Positions 9,229 to 18,310 are shown, numbered from the stretch's first letter. The stretch: 64,000 nt of DNA from Planctomycetota bacterium (GCA_965228735.1 OZ245838.1:768001-832000); one strand, 5' to 3'. The notes: a model not told the origin generated them from the sequence alone. Translations and numbers: made by a program.

Positions 9229-9306
9229 GCGGCGGCGACCTTCGCTGCCGCACCAACGCCAAACGGCGCGACCGGCTTCGGCCGGGCGCGCCGTTCGGCG
9301 TTCGGT
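9229..9306. terminator. Two hairpins between convergent genes
   Basis: GCGGCGGCGA-cct-TCGCTGCCGC (9229-9251), and a long stem capped by C(UUCG)G (9252-9306). Confidence 0.55.
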
Positions 9307-9324
9307 AGGGGAGGCGAGCGCGAG

Positions 9325-11766
9325 TCAGCGAGCCCGGATCTTCACCGAACCCCGGATGATCGGGGTGATCATCCGGAGCGCGAGGCGGAACGCCTTCGCG
9401 TTGGACTCGGCCTCGTTGGGCAAGCCCTTCGAACGCCCGTTGCGGCGCCGGCGCCCGTTGCGGCGCTTGCCACCGCGGCGGCTGCTGCCACCGCCGAGGA
9501 GGTTCGACAGCGCGTTCGTCGCCGCGGGCTTCACCACGTCGACGATGTGCGGTGCCATGCTCGCGAGCAGGCCGAACGCCTTCTGGGCCACCTCGTCGTC
9601 GATTTCGTCGCCGTCGCCGTCGCCGAAGTCGGCGTCGCCATCCGGGTCGTAGGCGTCGTCGTCATCGTCGCCGACGCCGGCGATCTGCAGGCTCGACAGC
9701 CAGTCGTCCTGGTCGTCGTCGTCCACGACGTCGAAGTCCTTCTTGCGGCGCCGGCGCTTGCCGGCGTTGCCGAGCGCCGCGGTGGCGCCCTGGATGAGCA
9801 GCGGAGCGAGCGCGGCCAGAACGGGCAGCGCCTTCTCGGTGGTCTCGTCGTCGAGTAGTTCGTTGGTCATGTCAGTCTCCTTCATCAGGTTCTGCAACCG
9901 CGCGAGGAGCCGCGTCCACACGTCTCCTTCGCGTCGATTGGTCTCGTGGTCGCCCGCCGTGGGGCGGGCCGTGACGTCGCGCAGCGCGAGGAACGTGCGC
10001 TCCGCGAGCCGGAACGGGCCCGGCGGCTCGTGGATCGTCGGGGTCTGGCGGAACCCGTGATCCGCGAGGGTCGACCGCACGCTCCCCAGCAGGCGCGACG
10101 CGGTCGCGTCCGGACCGTGCTCGTCGATCGCTTCGAGCAGCGCGTAGGTGAACGCGGACAGTCCGCGGGTGCGGGCCGTCGACGCCGACGCGGTCTCGTT
10201 CTCGGAACAGGCGGCGAGCACGAGGCCCTTGAGCGGGGTGTCGCTGAGCTCGTCGGCGGTCGATTTGCTCGCGCCGAAGCGCCGATAGCCCGTGATCTCG
10301 ATGGGTTCGTTGCCGGCCGATCTCTGGTTCGCGTCCGGGTTCGCTTCCGGGGGCGACGTCGCGTCGATCGCCCAGCGCTTCGGCGCCGCGAAGTCGGCCG
10401 TTCCATCGACGCTCCCGAAGACGATCTTGTCCATGCCGCCCGAGAAGCACGAATCGAGCACGGCCGTGAACACGCCGTCCGGCAGCTGCTGGCTGCGCTC
10501 GGCGAGCACGTCGTCGATGTAGAAGCCGTCGCGCAGCACGAGGACCTCGGTCAGCACGCCGTCGATCGGCAGCTGGTGGCCGTGCCCGGAGTAGTAGAAG
10601 ACGGCGCGGTCGTTCTCGGTGAGGCCGTCGAACAGCCACGCGAGTCCGTCCTCGACCGCCGTGAGCGTCGCGTCCTCGTCGGTGATCACGCGGATGTCGT
10701 CCTGCCGGTAGCCGACGCGTTCGAGGTGGGCCTGGAACGCGCGCGCGTCCGCGACGCAGCTGGGCAGGTTGTTGCGCGGGTTGCCGTAGTCGTTGAGCGC
10801 GACGAGCAGCGCGCGCCGTTGACCCGTCGCGCCGTCGGGCAGCGCCTTGTCGTTGCCGAGCAGCGCGGTCCACGTCTGCGGACCGACGATGCCGTCGGCC
10901 TGCAGCCGTTCGGCGCGCTGGAACGCGATCACGGCGCGCTCGGTCTTGCGGCCGAAGATGCCGTCGACGCTGCCCGGCGGGTGGTCGAGATCGGCGAGCC
11001 GGCGCTGCAGTTCGCGGACCTCGGTGCCCGTCGAACCGACCCGCAGCAACGGCCGGGAGCTCGAGCGTCCGGGTGCCGGCTCGGTGGCGGGCGGCGCCGT
11101 CAACGCGCCGTCGCTGTAGCTGTGCCCGAGGACCGCGCGGTCGACGAGCGTGTAGTAGATCGTGTCGGTCGGATGGTCGTCGGCGAGCTCGAGCAGCTCC
11201 TGCCACGCCGTGCCCGTGCGGCCGCCGTGCACGACCTGGCAGCCCGCGGACCACTTGCCGACGCGGCTGCCCGTGCCGGCATCGTGGATGTTGATGCCGA
11301 AGTAGCCGGTCTCGACCGTCTCGCCCGCGCCCTGCTCGTGGTCGCGGTCACCGTCGCGCCAGATCGTGACGGGCCCGGCCTGCACGAGGCCCGGGCGCCC
11401 CTTGTGGAGGCCGGTCTTGTAGCGGTACTGGCCGTCGACGAGATGGGCGCACCCGGCGCTGCGCATCGGGTTGTCGGTCCAGTACTGGCCCGGGTCGACC
11501 GACGCGAGGAACTCGCGCACCCGCTTCCTGCCCGCGGCGTCGCGCCAGATCACCGCGATCGTGTCGTTGTAGCGGTCGGGTGAGTTGCTCACGGGCCGCC
11601 CGTCGCGATAGCCGCGGATGCCGAGCAGGTTGATCGCGCGTCGGCGCGAGTCGAAGCGGCCGATGCGTTCGATGACCGCCTTGTAGCGGCCGTAGAGAGT
11701 CGCCTCGGAGGCGCCGGATCTGCTGAGCCCGGAGTCGTCCCTGGGCCGTGTCGTCGTCTGGGTCAT
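9325..11766 (-). CDS. Multidomain protein: L,D-transpeptidase-like Cys domain + peptidoglycan-binding domain + metacaspase (Peptidase C14) + acidic/amphipathic peptide tail
   Basis: GINIH...WSAGCQV; LRVGSTGTEVRELQRRL...DGIFG...FQ...DGIVGPQTW; RALLVALNDY, LPSCVAD, YYSGHG (His codon 10582-10584), LDSCFSG (Cys codon 10447-10449). Confidence 0.9.
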   Translation of the reverse strand: MTQTTTRPRDDSGLSRSGASEATLYGRYKAVIERIGRFDSRRRAINLLGIRGYRDGRPVSNSPDRYNDTIAVIWRDAAGRKRVREFLASVDPGQYWTDNPMRSAGCAHLVDGQYRYKTGLHKGRPGLVQAGPVTIWRDGDRDHEQGAGETVETGYFGINIHDAGTGSRVGKWSAGCQVVHGGRTGTAWQELLELADDHPTDTIYYTLVDRAVLGHSYSDGALTAPPATEPAPGRSSSRPLLRVGSTGTEVRELQRRLADLDHPPGSVDGIFGRKTERAVIAFQRAERLQADGIVGPQTWTALLGNDKALPDGATGQRRALLVALNDYGNPRNNLPSCVADARAFQAHLERVGYRQDDIRVITDEDATLTAVEDGLAWLFDGLTENDRAVFYYSGHGHQLPIDGVLTEVLVLRDGFYIDDVLAERSQQLPDGVFTAVLDSCFSGGMDKIVFGSVDGTADFAAPKRWAIDATSPPEANPDANQRSAGNEPIEITGYRRFGASKSTADELSDTPLKGLVLAACSENETASASTARTRGLSAFTYALLEAIDEHGPDATASRLLGSVRSTLADHGFRQTPTIHEPPGPFRLAERTFLALRDVTARPTAGDHETNRREGDVWTRLLARLQNLMKETDMTNELLDDETTEKALPVLAALAPLLIQGATAALGNAGKRRRRKKDFDVVDDDDQDDWLSSLQIAGVGDDDDDAYDPDGDADFGDGDGDEIDDEVAQKAFGLLASMAPHIVDVVKPAATNALSNLLGGGSSRRGGKRRNGRRRRNGRSKGLPNEAESNAKAFRLALRMITPIIRGSVKIRAR

Positions 11767-11793
11767 TCTTCGTCCCTCGGTTGGTCAGAGGGA

Positions 11794-11821
11794 CAACGAC
11801 ACGGCGGCGTCAGGTCCGCCA
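11794..11821 (-). promoter_or_regulatory. Putative ECF promoter TGGCGGA-N14-GTCGTTG
   Basis: 14 of 14 conserved bases and identical spacing with 15573-15600; 27 nt upstream of ATG 11766. Confidence 0.65.
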
Positions 11822-11931
11822 AGGGGCCCGCGAATCTCCGGGGAAGCCCGCAAAACCGCGACCGCGCGCCGGGAGTCGGACTCCGGGCGCGCGGTCGCGG
11901 TCATCGGGCAGCGGGGGTGGCGTGCCGACGC

Positions 11932-12720
11932 TCAGGCCTCGGCGTCGTGCTCCATGTGCCGATCCAGGACGTGCTGCAGCGGCAGGTTCATCACGAAGCG
12001 GAAGTGGATCTGGAACTTGGCCGTCAACTTCCGGTCCGGATCGATCTCGCGCATCACCGCGTCGTCTTCGTCGTTGAACAGCTCGTCGAAGACGTTGAAC
12101 GGGCGCCGCCCCGCCCGCACGACGCGCGGCAGCCGCGTGGCCTTCGCGATCTTCGCGCCCTTGCGGGGCGCGAACCGTGGCACGCGGGCTATCCGTGTGC
12201 GGCCGCCATCATCGTCGTCCGCGGGTTCGACCTCGTAGTTGTATTGCACGATCGCGCGACCGCGTTCGTCGTAGGTCACGGTGACGCACGTGTGGTTGCT
12301 GTCGCCGTCGTCGCCGCTCCGGCTCCGACTGCTCTTCTTCGCGGTGCTCGTCTTGCCCTTCTTCGCCGCCTTGCGGGGGCGGACGGCCGGCAGTGCGCCG
12401 AGGTTGTAGATGCCGATGTCGGTATCGAACCGCAGGCCGAAGTTGCCCGTGTTGTACTTCTTCAGCGCCTCCCCGACCGCGTCGTGCACCTTGTCGTTGA
12501 GCGGGTGGAAGCTGGTCGGGTCGATGCGCACACGCGGGTTCCACCACACGGATCCCATGAGGTTGCGAAACGCCGTGGTCTTGCCGCCGCGCAAGCGGCG
12601 GCCTGCGAGCTCGATCACGCGGCAGCGATCGAGGTTGCTCAGCGCGTTGAAGTACGGCATGCACGTGCGTTCGTAGTCGAGCACGAAGCGCAGCTGACAG
12701 TTCTGGAACGACTGGTTCAT
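11932..12720 (-). CDS. Hypothetical protein (262 aa), translationally coupled to the kinase
   Basis: ATGA overlap with the kinase stop, AGGAG SD, protein-like composition from MNQSFQNC. Confidence 0.8.
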   Translation of the reverse strand: MNQSFQNCQLRFVLDYERTCMPYFNALSNLDRCRVIELAGRRLRGGKTTAFRNLMGSVWWNPRVRIDPTSFHPLNDKVHDAVGEALKKYNTGNFGLRFDTDIGIYNLGALPAVRPRKAAKKGKTSTAKKSSRSRSGDDGDSNHTCVTVTYDERGRAIVQYNYEVEPADDDDGGRTRIARVPRFAPRKGAKIAKATRLPRVVRAGRRPFNVFDELFNDEDDAVMREIDPDRKLTAKFQIHFRFVMNLPLQHVLDRHMEHDAEA

Positions 12721-14909
12721 CGGTTCTCCTTCTGGGTGGACGAGGGGTCGGTGGAGCCGGGCTTCGCCGCGGTGGCGGTGCGCGGTGGCGCCGGCGTGAG
12801 GCTCTTGGCGCAGCGCAACCCGAGATCGCCGGTGGCGTCGAAGGTCGGGCTGCTCCGGGGGAACCCGAACATGAAGAGCTTCTCGGCGGAGACGGCCCAG
12901 GAACCACCGGTCGCGAGCCTCCCCGTCCGCGAAGCGACTTTGAACTCCGACGGATCGGCGAGCCACTCCCGCACGTTGCCGAACGGCTGCAGGATGCCGC
13001 GCTCCGCGTAGGTGCCCGCGCGATCCGCGGGCACGGCGTGCCGCACGAAGTGGCTCACCTCCTGATCGCTGCCGCGCCCCAGCACGAACGGTGTCGTCGC
13101 ACCGTCGGTGAGATGGTCCTCGAGCCAGGTCTCGGCGCGTCCCATGGCCAGGTCCCATTCGACCGCCGTGGGCAGTCGCTTGCCGACCCACTCGGCGTAC
13201 TCGCGGGCCTCGCGCCATTCGACGAACACCATCGGGAGTTCGTCCCAGTCGGCGCGCGGCGGCTCGTCCCAGATCTTCTGCAGCCCAGAGATGGTCCAAC
13301 TGCTCGGCCGTTCCCGGCCGACGGCCTGCAGGAACGTCCGGTATTGCCCGATCGTGACCGGCGCCCGGTCGATGAGGAACGGTCGGCAGTCCTGCATTGC
13401 CGAACTCAGCTGGGTGCCGGACGGCGTTCCGACGAGGTTCCACATCTCGAGGGCGCCGCCGTCGACGCGCACCATCTCCGACTCGACTTCGGCAACCGTC
13501 GCGAAGCGCACGTGAGCGAGATCGATCGCCGACTCGTCCGCCCGTCGCCGGAGCTCCGCGAACGCCCCGCGCTCGTCGACGAGCACGATGCGGGCCTCGC
13601 CGGACCGCATGTCGAAGGTCCGCTCGTTGCGCTCGACGGTCGCGCGTTCCGGTGGCGCCCAACCCGCCGCGGCGCCGAGCCACGGACTCACCGTCACAGC
13701 GAGCGACTGGGTGCCGGACACGGTGACGGCGCGATCGGCGTCCTCGGCCGCCGCGGTTTCGCCGCCGGCGAACGCCGCGAACCCGGCCAGGGCGAGCAGT
13801 GCTCCGGCGAGCGCCGCGAGCGTCACCGCGCGGCGGCCGGCGAAGCGCTGCAGCCGATACCAGAGGCTCGGCGGGCGGGCCGCGACCGTCGCGCCGGCGA
13901 GGTACCGCTCGAGGTCACGCTGCAGTTCGGCGGCGCTGGCGTAGCGGTCGTCGCGATCGCGACGCAGCGCCTTCAGGGTGACGAGCTCGAGGTCGCGCGG
14001 CACGTTGTCGCGCAGTCGCCGCAGCGGTCGCGCATCCTCGTGCGTGATGCGATGCAGGATCTCCTCGACGCTCGCGCCGGGGAACGGCGGCTCACCCGTG
14101 AGCAGCTCGTGCAGCACGGCGCCCGCGGAATACACGTCGGTGCGCGCGTCGACCGGTTCACGTTCGGCGCGCACCTGCTCGGGGGACATGTAGAGCGGCG
14201 TGCCCGCGCTGTGCCCGGACCGACTGATCGCGTCGAGGTGCAGGACCTTGGCGAGCCCGAAGTCGATCACGTGCGGCCGATGGTCGCGATCGACGAGGAT
14301 GTTCTGCGGCTTGATGTCGCGATGCAGCACACCGCGTTCGTGGCTGTAGGCGAGTGCCTCGGCGACGTCGCGCATCAGCCGCGCACAGACCACCGGGTCG
14401 CCGAAGTCCGGTCCACCGGCGACGGCACCGTCCATGAGCTGGCGCAGATTCCAGCCCGCGACGAGCTGCATCGCGTAGTAGAAGAGGCCGTTGGCCTGCC
14501 CGAACGCGAGCACGGGCACGATGCGCGGATGCACCAGTCGCGACGCCGCGAGCGCCTCGCGCTTGAAGCGCTCGGTCGCGAGCGGATCGCTGGGCACGCG
14601 CGGGTCGAAGACCTTGACCGCGACCGGCCGGTCGAGCTCGAGCTGCGTCGCGCGATACACGACGCCCATGCCGCCGCGGCCGATGAGCTCGTGCAGCTCG
14701 AAGTCGCCGAGGCGGGTGCCGGCGAGCGACGGCGGCGGGGCGTCGAGGTCGGTGAGGAAACCGGCGGTCTGGGCGGCGCACAACCGCGCGACCTCGGCGG
14801 CGAGTTCGCGATCGGGCTCGCCTGCCAGAAGGGCATCGCGTTCAGACCCGGGCAGGTCCGCGACGCGGTCGAACAAGGCCTCGACCTTAGCCCAGCGTTC
14901 GGCGTTCAA
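12717..14909 (-). CDS. Ser/Thr protein kinase with TM segment and C-terminal FGE-sulfatase (SUMF1)-like domain
   Basis: IGRGGMGVVY, VAVK, HRDIKPQN, DFGLA, GTPLYMSPEQ; C-terminal KRLPTAVEW, GNVREW, GGSW, GLRC; TTG start after AGGAG. Confidence 0.93.
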   Translation of the reverse strand: MNAERWAKVEALFDRVADLPGSERDALLAGEPDRELAAEVARLCAAQTAGFLTDLDAPPPSLAGTRLGDFELHELIGRGGMGVVYRATQLELDRPVAVKVFDPRVPSDPLATERFKREALAASRLVHPRIVPVLAFGQANGLFYYAMQLVAGWNLRQLMDGAVAGGPDFGDPVVCARLMRDVAEALAYSHERGVLHRDIKPQNILVDRDHRPHVIDFGLAKVLHLDAISRSGHSAGTPLYMSPEQVRAEREPVDARTDVYSAGAVLHELLTGEPPFPGASVEEILHRITHEDARPLRRLRDNVPRDLELVTLKALRRDRDDRYASAAELQRDLERYLAGATVAARPPSLWYRLQRFAGRRAVTLAALAGALLALAGFAAFAGGETAAAEDADRAVTVSGTQSLAVTVSPWLGAAAGWAPPERATVERNERTFDMRSGEARIVLVDERGAFAELRRRADESAIDLAHVRFATVAEVESEMVRVDGGALEMWNLVGTPSGTQLSSAMQDCRPFLIDRAPVTIGQYRTFLQAVGRERPSSWTISGLQKIWDEPPRADWDELPMVFVEWREAREYAEWVGKRLPTAVEWDLAMGRAETWLEDHLTDGATTPFVLGRGSDQEVSHFVRHAVPADRAGTYAERGILQPFGNVREWLADPSEFKVASRTGRLATGGSWAVSAEKLFMFGFPRSSPTFDATGDLGLRCAKSLTPAPPRTATAAKPGSTDPSSTQKENR

Positions 14910-14913
14910 CGGT

Positions 14914-15522
14914 TCACTCCTGGTCCTCCCCGAGCTCGGCGGCGAGCCAGGCGCGCGCCGCCGTCCACTTCCGTTCGAAGGTCCGCTTGCTCAGCCCCAG
15001 GGCATCGGCGGCTTCCGCCACGCTCGCGCCGCCGAAGAACCGCAGCTCGACCGCGCGTGACATCTCGGCGTTGAACGTCTGCAGCCGTTCGAGCGCGTCG
15101 TCGAGCGCGACGAGGTCGCCGCTGCGCAGCTCGGCGGCAGCCGCGATACCGTCGAGCGCGACCCGCTTCGCGCCGCCGCCGCGCTTGTCCCGGAGCTTGC
15201 CGCGCGCGTGATCGACGAGCACCTGCCGCATCGCGTGAGCCGCGACATTGAGGAAGTGGGCGCGGTCCGCGAAGCGCGAGTCGTCGGTGGCCGCGACCTT
15301 GAGCCACACCTCGTTGAGCAGGGCGGTCGCCTGCAGCGTGTGCCCCTCCGGCTGGGCGGCCATGTTCCGCCGCGCGAGCGCGTGCAGTTCGCGATGCAGC
15401 CAGATGGCCAGGCGCTCGCGCGCTTCGGCATCGCCGTGCTGCGATCGCCGGATCCAGTGCGTGATCGTTCCGTCGCCGGGCTCCGGCGTCGTTCCCGCGG
15501 ATGACTCTGAGGGCATTGGCAT
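14914..15522 (-). CDS. ECF sigma factor, TIGR02999/ECF43-like
   Basis: GHTLQATALLNEVWLK, AAHAMRQVLVDHAR, KRGGG, VELRFFGG, ARAWL; start could be 15516. Confidence 0.92.
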   Translation of the reverse strand: MPMPSESSAGTTPEPGDGTITHWIRRSQHGDAEARERLAIWLHRELHALARRNMAAQPEGHTLQATALLNEVWLKVAATDDSRFADRAHFLNVAAHAMRQVLVDHARGKLRDKRGGGAKRVALDGIAAAAELRSGDLVALDDALERLQTFNAEMSRAVELRFFGGASVAEAADALGLSKRTFERKWTAARAWLAAELGEDQE

Positions 15523-15572
15523 GGTCCTGGTGGTGGCGGCGCCACCGCTCCGGGCCCGCGCGTCGACCTCTC

Positions 15573-15600
15573 CAACGACGAATCGCCGCGCGTTCCGCCA
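15573..15600 (-). promoter_or_regulatory. Putative autoregulatory ECF promoter TGGCGGA-N14-GTCGTTG
   Basis: Matches 11794-11821; 50 nt upstream of the sigma start. Confidence 0.65.
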
Positions 15601-15710
15601 TGATACGCGACAACCGGCTCCGGCGGCGCCGGGGGGGTGTGGAATCACGAAATCACGCCGCCGAGGAGGTTGGATTCGGCTCCCCGCGGTCGCTAGCCTC
15701 CTTCGCCCGA

Positions 15711-16871
15711 ATGAACATCCACGAGTATCAGGCCAAGCAGGTCTTGGCGGAGTTCGGCGTGCCGGTCTCGCGGGGGATCCCGTGCCAGACCCCCGACGAG
15801 GTCGCCAAGGCGTTCACGGAGCTCGACGAGCCCCTCGCGGTCGTCAAGGCCCAGATCCACGCTGGCGGTCGCGGCAAGGCCGGCGGCGTCAAGCTGGTGA
15901 AGAGCGCCGACGAGGCGAAGTCGGTGGCCGAGGGGCTGTTCGGCAAGGCGCTCGTCACGCACCAGACCGGCCCCGAGGGCCGCGTCGTGCACACGATCTA
16001 CGTCGAGTCCGGCAGCGACATCGATCGCGAGATGTATCTCGCGGTGCTCATGGACCGCGCCGCCGAAGCGCCCGTCGTGATCGCGGCGGCCGAGGGTGGC
16101 GTCGACATCGAAGAGCTCGCGGAGACCAACCCCGAGGCGATCGCGCGTCACCGCGTGCACCCGGTCAAGGGACTCATGCCGTTCCAGGCGCGGGCGATCT
16201 GCAAGCACCTCGGACTGTCGGGTGATCAGGCCAAGCAGGGCGGCAAGCTCATCACGGCGCTCGTCAAGGCCTTCATGGCGAAGGACTGCTCGCTCGCCGA
16301 GATCAACCCGTTGATCACGACCAAGCAGGGCGAGGTCAAGGCGCTCGATGCCAAGATGGGCTTCGACGACAACGCGCTGTTCCGGCACCAGGACATCGTC
16401 GAGCTGCGCGATCTCAACGAGGAGGATCCGAAGGAGGTCGAGGCCAAGAAGTTCGACCTCAGCTACATCGCGCTGACGGGCAACATCGGCTGCCTCGTCA
16501 ACGGCGCGGGCCTCGCGATGGCGACCATGGACGTCGTGCAGCAGAAGGGCGGCATGCCGGCCAACTTCCTCGACGTCGGCGGCGGCGCCAGCGCGGAGCA
16601 GGTGACCAACGCGTTCAAGATCCTGCTCAGCGACGAGAACGTGAAGGGCATCCTCGTCAACATCTTCGGCGGGATCATGAAGTGTGACACGATCGCCGAG
16701 GGCGTGATCACCGCGGCCAAGGAGGTCAACCTCTCGGTGCCGCTCGTCGTGCGCCTCGAGGGCACCAACGTCGAGCTCGGCCGCAAGCTGCTCGACGAGT
16801 CCGGGATCGATCTCAAGACCGCGTCGTCACTCGACGAGGCGGCCGAGGCGATCGTCGCGGCCATCCAGTAA
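15711..16871 (+). CDS. sucC: Succinyl-CoA synthetase beta subunit
   Basis: [45 protein letters not shown]. Confidence 0.98.
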   Translation: MNIHEYQAKQVLAEFGVPVSRGIPCQTPDEVAKAFTELDEPLAVVKAQIHAGGRGKAGGVKLVKSADEAKSVAEGLFGKALVTHQTGPEGRVVHTIYVESGSDIDREMYLAVLMDRAAEAPVVIAAAEGGVDIEELAETNPEAIARHRVHPVKGLMPFQARAICKHLGLSGDQAKQGGKLITALVKAFMAKDCSLAEINPLITTKQGEVKALDAKMGFDDNALFRHQDIVELRDLNEEDPKEVEAKKFDLSYIALTGNIGCLVNGAGLAMATMDVVQQKGGMPANFLDVGGGASAEQVTNAFKILLSDENVKGILVNIFGGIMKCDTIAEGVITAAKEVNLSVPLVVRLEGTNVELGRKLLDESGIDLKTASSLDEAAEAIVAAIQ

Positions 16872-16895
16872 CCAGAAGACCTCGAGGAACAACCA

Positions 16896-17780
16896 ATGAG
16901 CGTACTCATCGACGGCGACACGAAGGTCCTCTGCCAGGGCTTCACCGGCGGCGCCGGTCTCTTCCACAGCAAGAACTCTCTCGACTACGGGACCAAGCTC
17001 GTGGCCGGCGTGACGCCGGGCAAGGGCGGCCAGGAGATCGAGGGCGTGCCCGTGTTCGACACGGTCGCCGAGGCCAGGAAGGCCACGGGTGCGACGGTGT
17101 CCATGATCTACGTGCCGGCCGCGTTCACGGCCGACGCGATCTGCGAGGCGGTCGACGCCGAGATGGACCTCGTCGTGACGATCACCGAGGGCATCCCGGT
17201 CGCCGACATGGCCTTCGTGAAGGACTTCTCGCAGGGCAGCAAGACGCGCCTCGTCGGGCCCAACTGCCCGGGCGTGATCACGCCGGTCACCAAGGACAGC
17301 GGCTGCAAGATCGGCATCATGCCGGCCTACATCCACCAGCCGGGTCGGGTCGGCATCGTGTCGCGCAGCGGCACGCTGACCTACGAGGCCGTGTGGCAGG
17401 TCACGAGTGCGGGCATGGGGCAGTCGACCTGCATCGGCATCGGTGGCGACCCGATCAAGGGGCTTGATTTCATCGAGTGCCTGCAGCTGTTCCAGGACGA
17501 CCCCGACACCGACGGCATGATCATGATCGGCGAGATCGGCGGCACGGCCGAGGAGGAGGCCTGCGAGTTCATCACCGAGTACGTGAAGAAGCCGGTCGTC
17601 GGCTTCGTCGCGGGTGCGACCGCGCCGCCCGGCAAGCGCATGGGCCACGCCGGCGCGATCATCAGCGGCGGCAAGGGCACGGCGGCCGACAAGAAGGCCG
17701 CGATGAACAAGGCCGGCGTGCACGTCTGCGACACGCCGTCGATCCTCGGCGAGACGATGAAGCAGGTGCTTTCTGCCTGA
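16896..17780 (+). CDS. sucD: Succinyl-CoA synthetase alpha subunit
   Basis: [30 protein letters not shown]. Confidence 0.98.
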   Translation: MSVLIDGDTKVLCQGFTGGAGLFHSKNSLDYGTKLVAGVTPGKGGQEIEGVPVFDTVAEARKATGATVSMIYVPAAFTADAICEAVDAEMDLVVTITEGIPVADMAFVKDFSQGSKTRLVGPNCPGVITPVTKDSGCKIGIMPAYIHQPGRVGIVSRSGTLTYEAVWQVTSAGMGQSTCIGIGGDPIKGLDFIECLQLFQDDPDTDGMIMIGEIGGTAEEEACEFITEYVKKPVVGFVAGATAPPGKRMGHAGAIISGGKGTAADKKAAMNKAGVHVCDTPSILGETMKQVLSA

Positions 17781-17793
17781 GCCGGTTCGACCC

Positions 17794-18285
17794 TTGGCCA
17801 ACCCGATGAAGGTCCCCGGCGGGATGGACGCGCTGTTCCGCCAGGTCACGCCGCTCTTCCTGCTGCTCGTCATCGGCTGCGTCGTCTTCGAGCCGTGGGT
17901 GCCCGGTGGCGATTGGCTCCGCGGTACGTTCGGTGACCAGATCATCGTCCGGGGCGCGGTCGCGATGTTCGGGCTCTACATCCTGCTGCTCTGGGGTGAG
18001 TCGCTGCGGCTGAACGCGCTGCTCACGGGCGTGCTCAAGGCGTTCCGCGAGCACCACGCGGGTGCCGGCGGCGGCGCGGCCGGGGCCGAGGCGGGGAGCG
18101 GGGCGCGCAATCCGAAGGCCCGGCTCGAGGCCGCCAAACTGCTCATCGCCGCGTTGGCGTCGGACGATGCCGACATCCGCGAGACCTCGCGCCACAACCT
18201 CGGCCGGCTCGCCGGCAAGGACCTTGGCACCGACCCCGGCCCGTGGCAGGACTGGCTGGCCGCGGAAGAGCGCAAACTGTCGTGA
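17794..18285 (+). CDS. Small membrane protein with C-terminal HEAT-like helices
   Basis: Two hydrophobic segments; LIAALASDDADIRETS; start is 17794 (TTG) or 17806 (ATG). Confidence 0.65.
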   Translation: MANPMKVPGGMDALFRQVTPLFLLLVIGCVVFEPWVPGGDWLRGTFGDQIIVRGAVAMFGLYILLLWGESLRLNALLTGVLKAFREHHAGAGGGAAGAEAGSGARNPKARLEAAKLLIAALASDDADIRETSRHNLGRLAGKDLGTDPGPWQDWLAAEERKLS

Positions 18286-18310
18286 ACATACCGGGTTCGG
18301 TATGTTCACG
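18281..18310. other. Perfect 13-bp inverted repeat (terminator or operator)
   Basis: CGTGAACATACCG-ggtt-CGGTATGTTCACG. Confidence 0.6.

Noticed and set aside
12570..12610. Walker A-like AGRRLRGGKTT in the orphan protein
   Set aside because: Spacing does not fit GxxxxGK[ST], and there is no Walker B or P-loop context
12717..13500. Active formylglycine-generating enzyme for the sulfatase
   Set aside because: The catalytic Cys pair after GGSW is missing, and the domain is fused to a kinase, so it is probably a sensor
9325..15600. Prophage or integrated mobile island
   Set aside because: No integrase, structural genes, att repeats or evident GC shift
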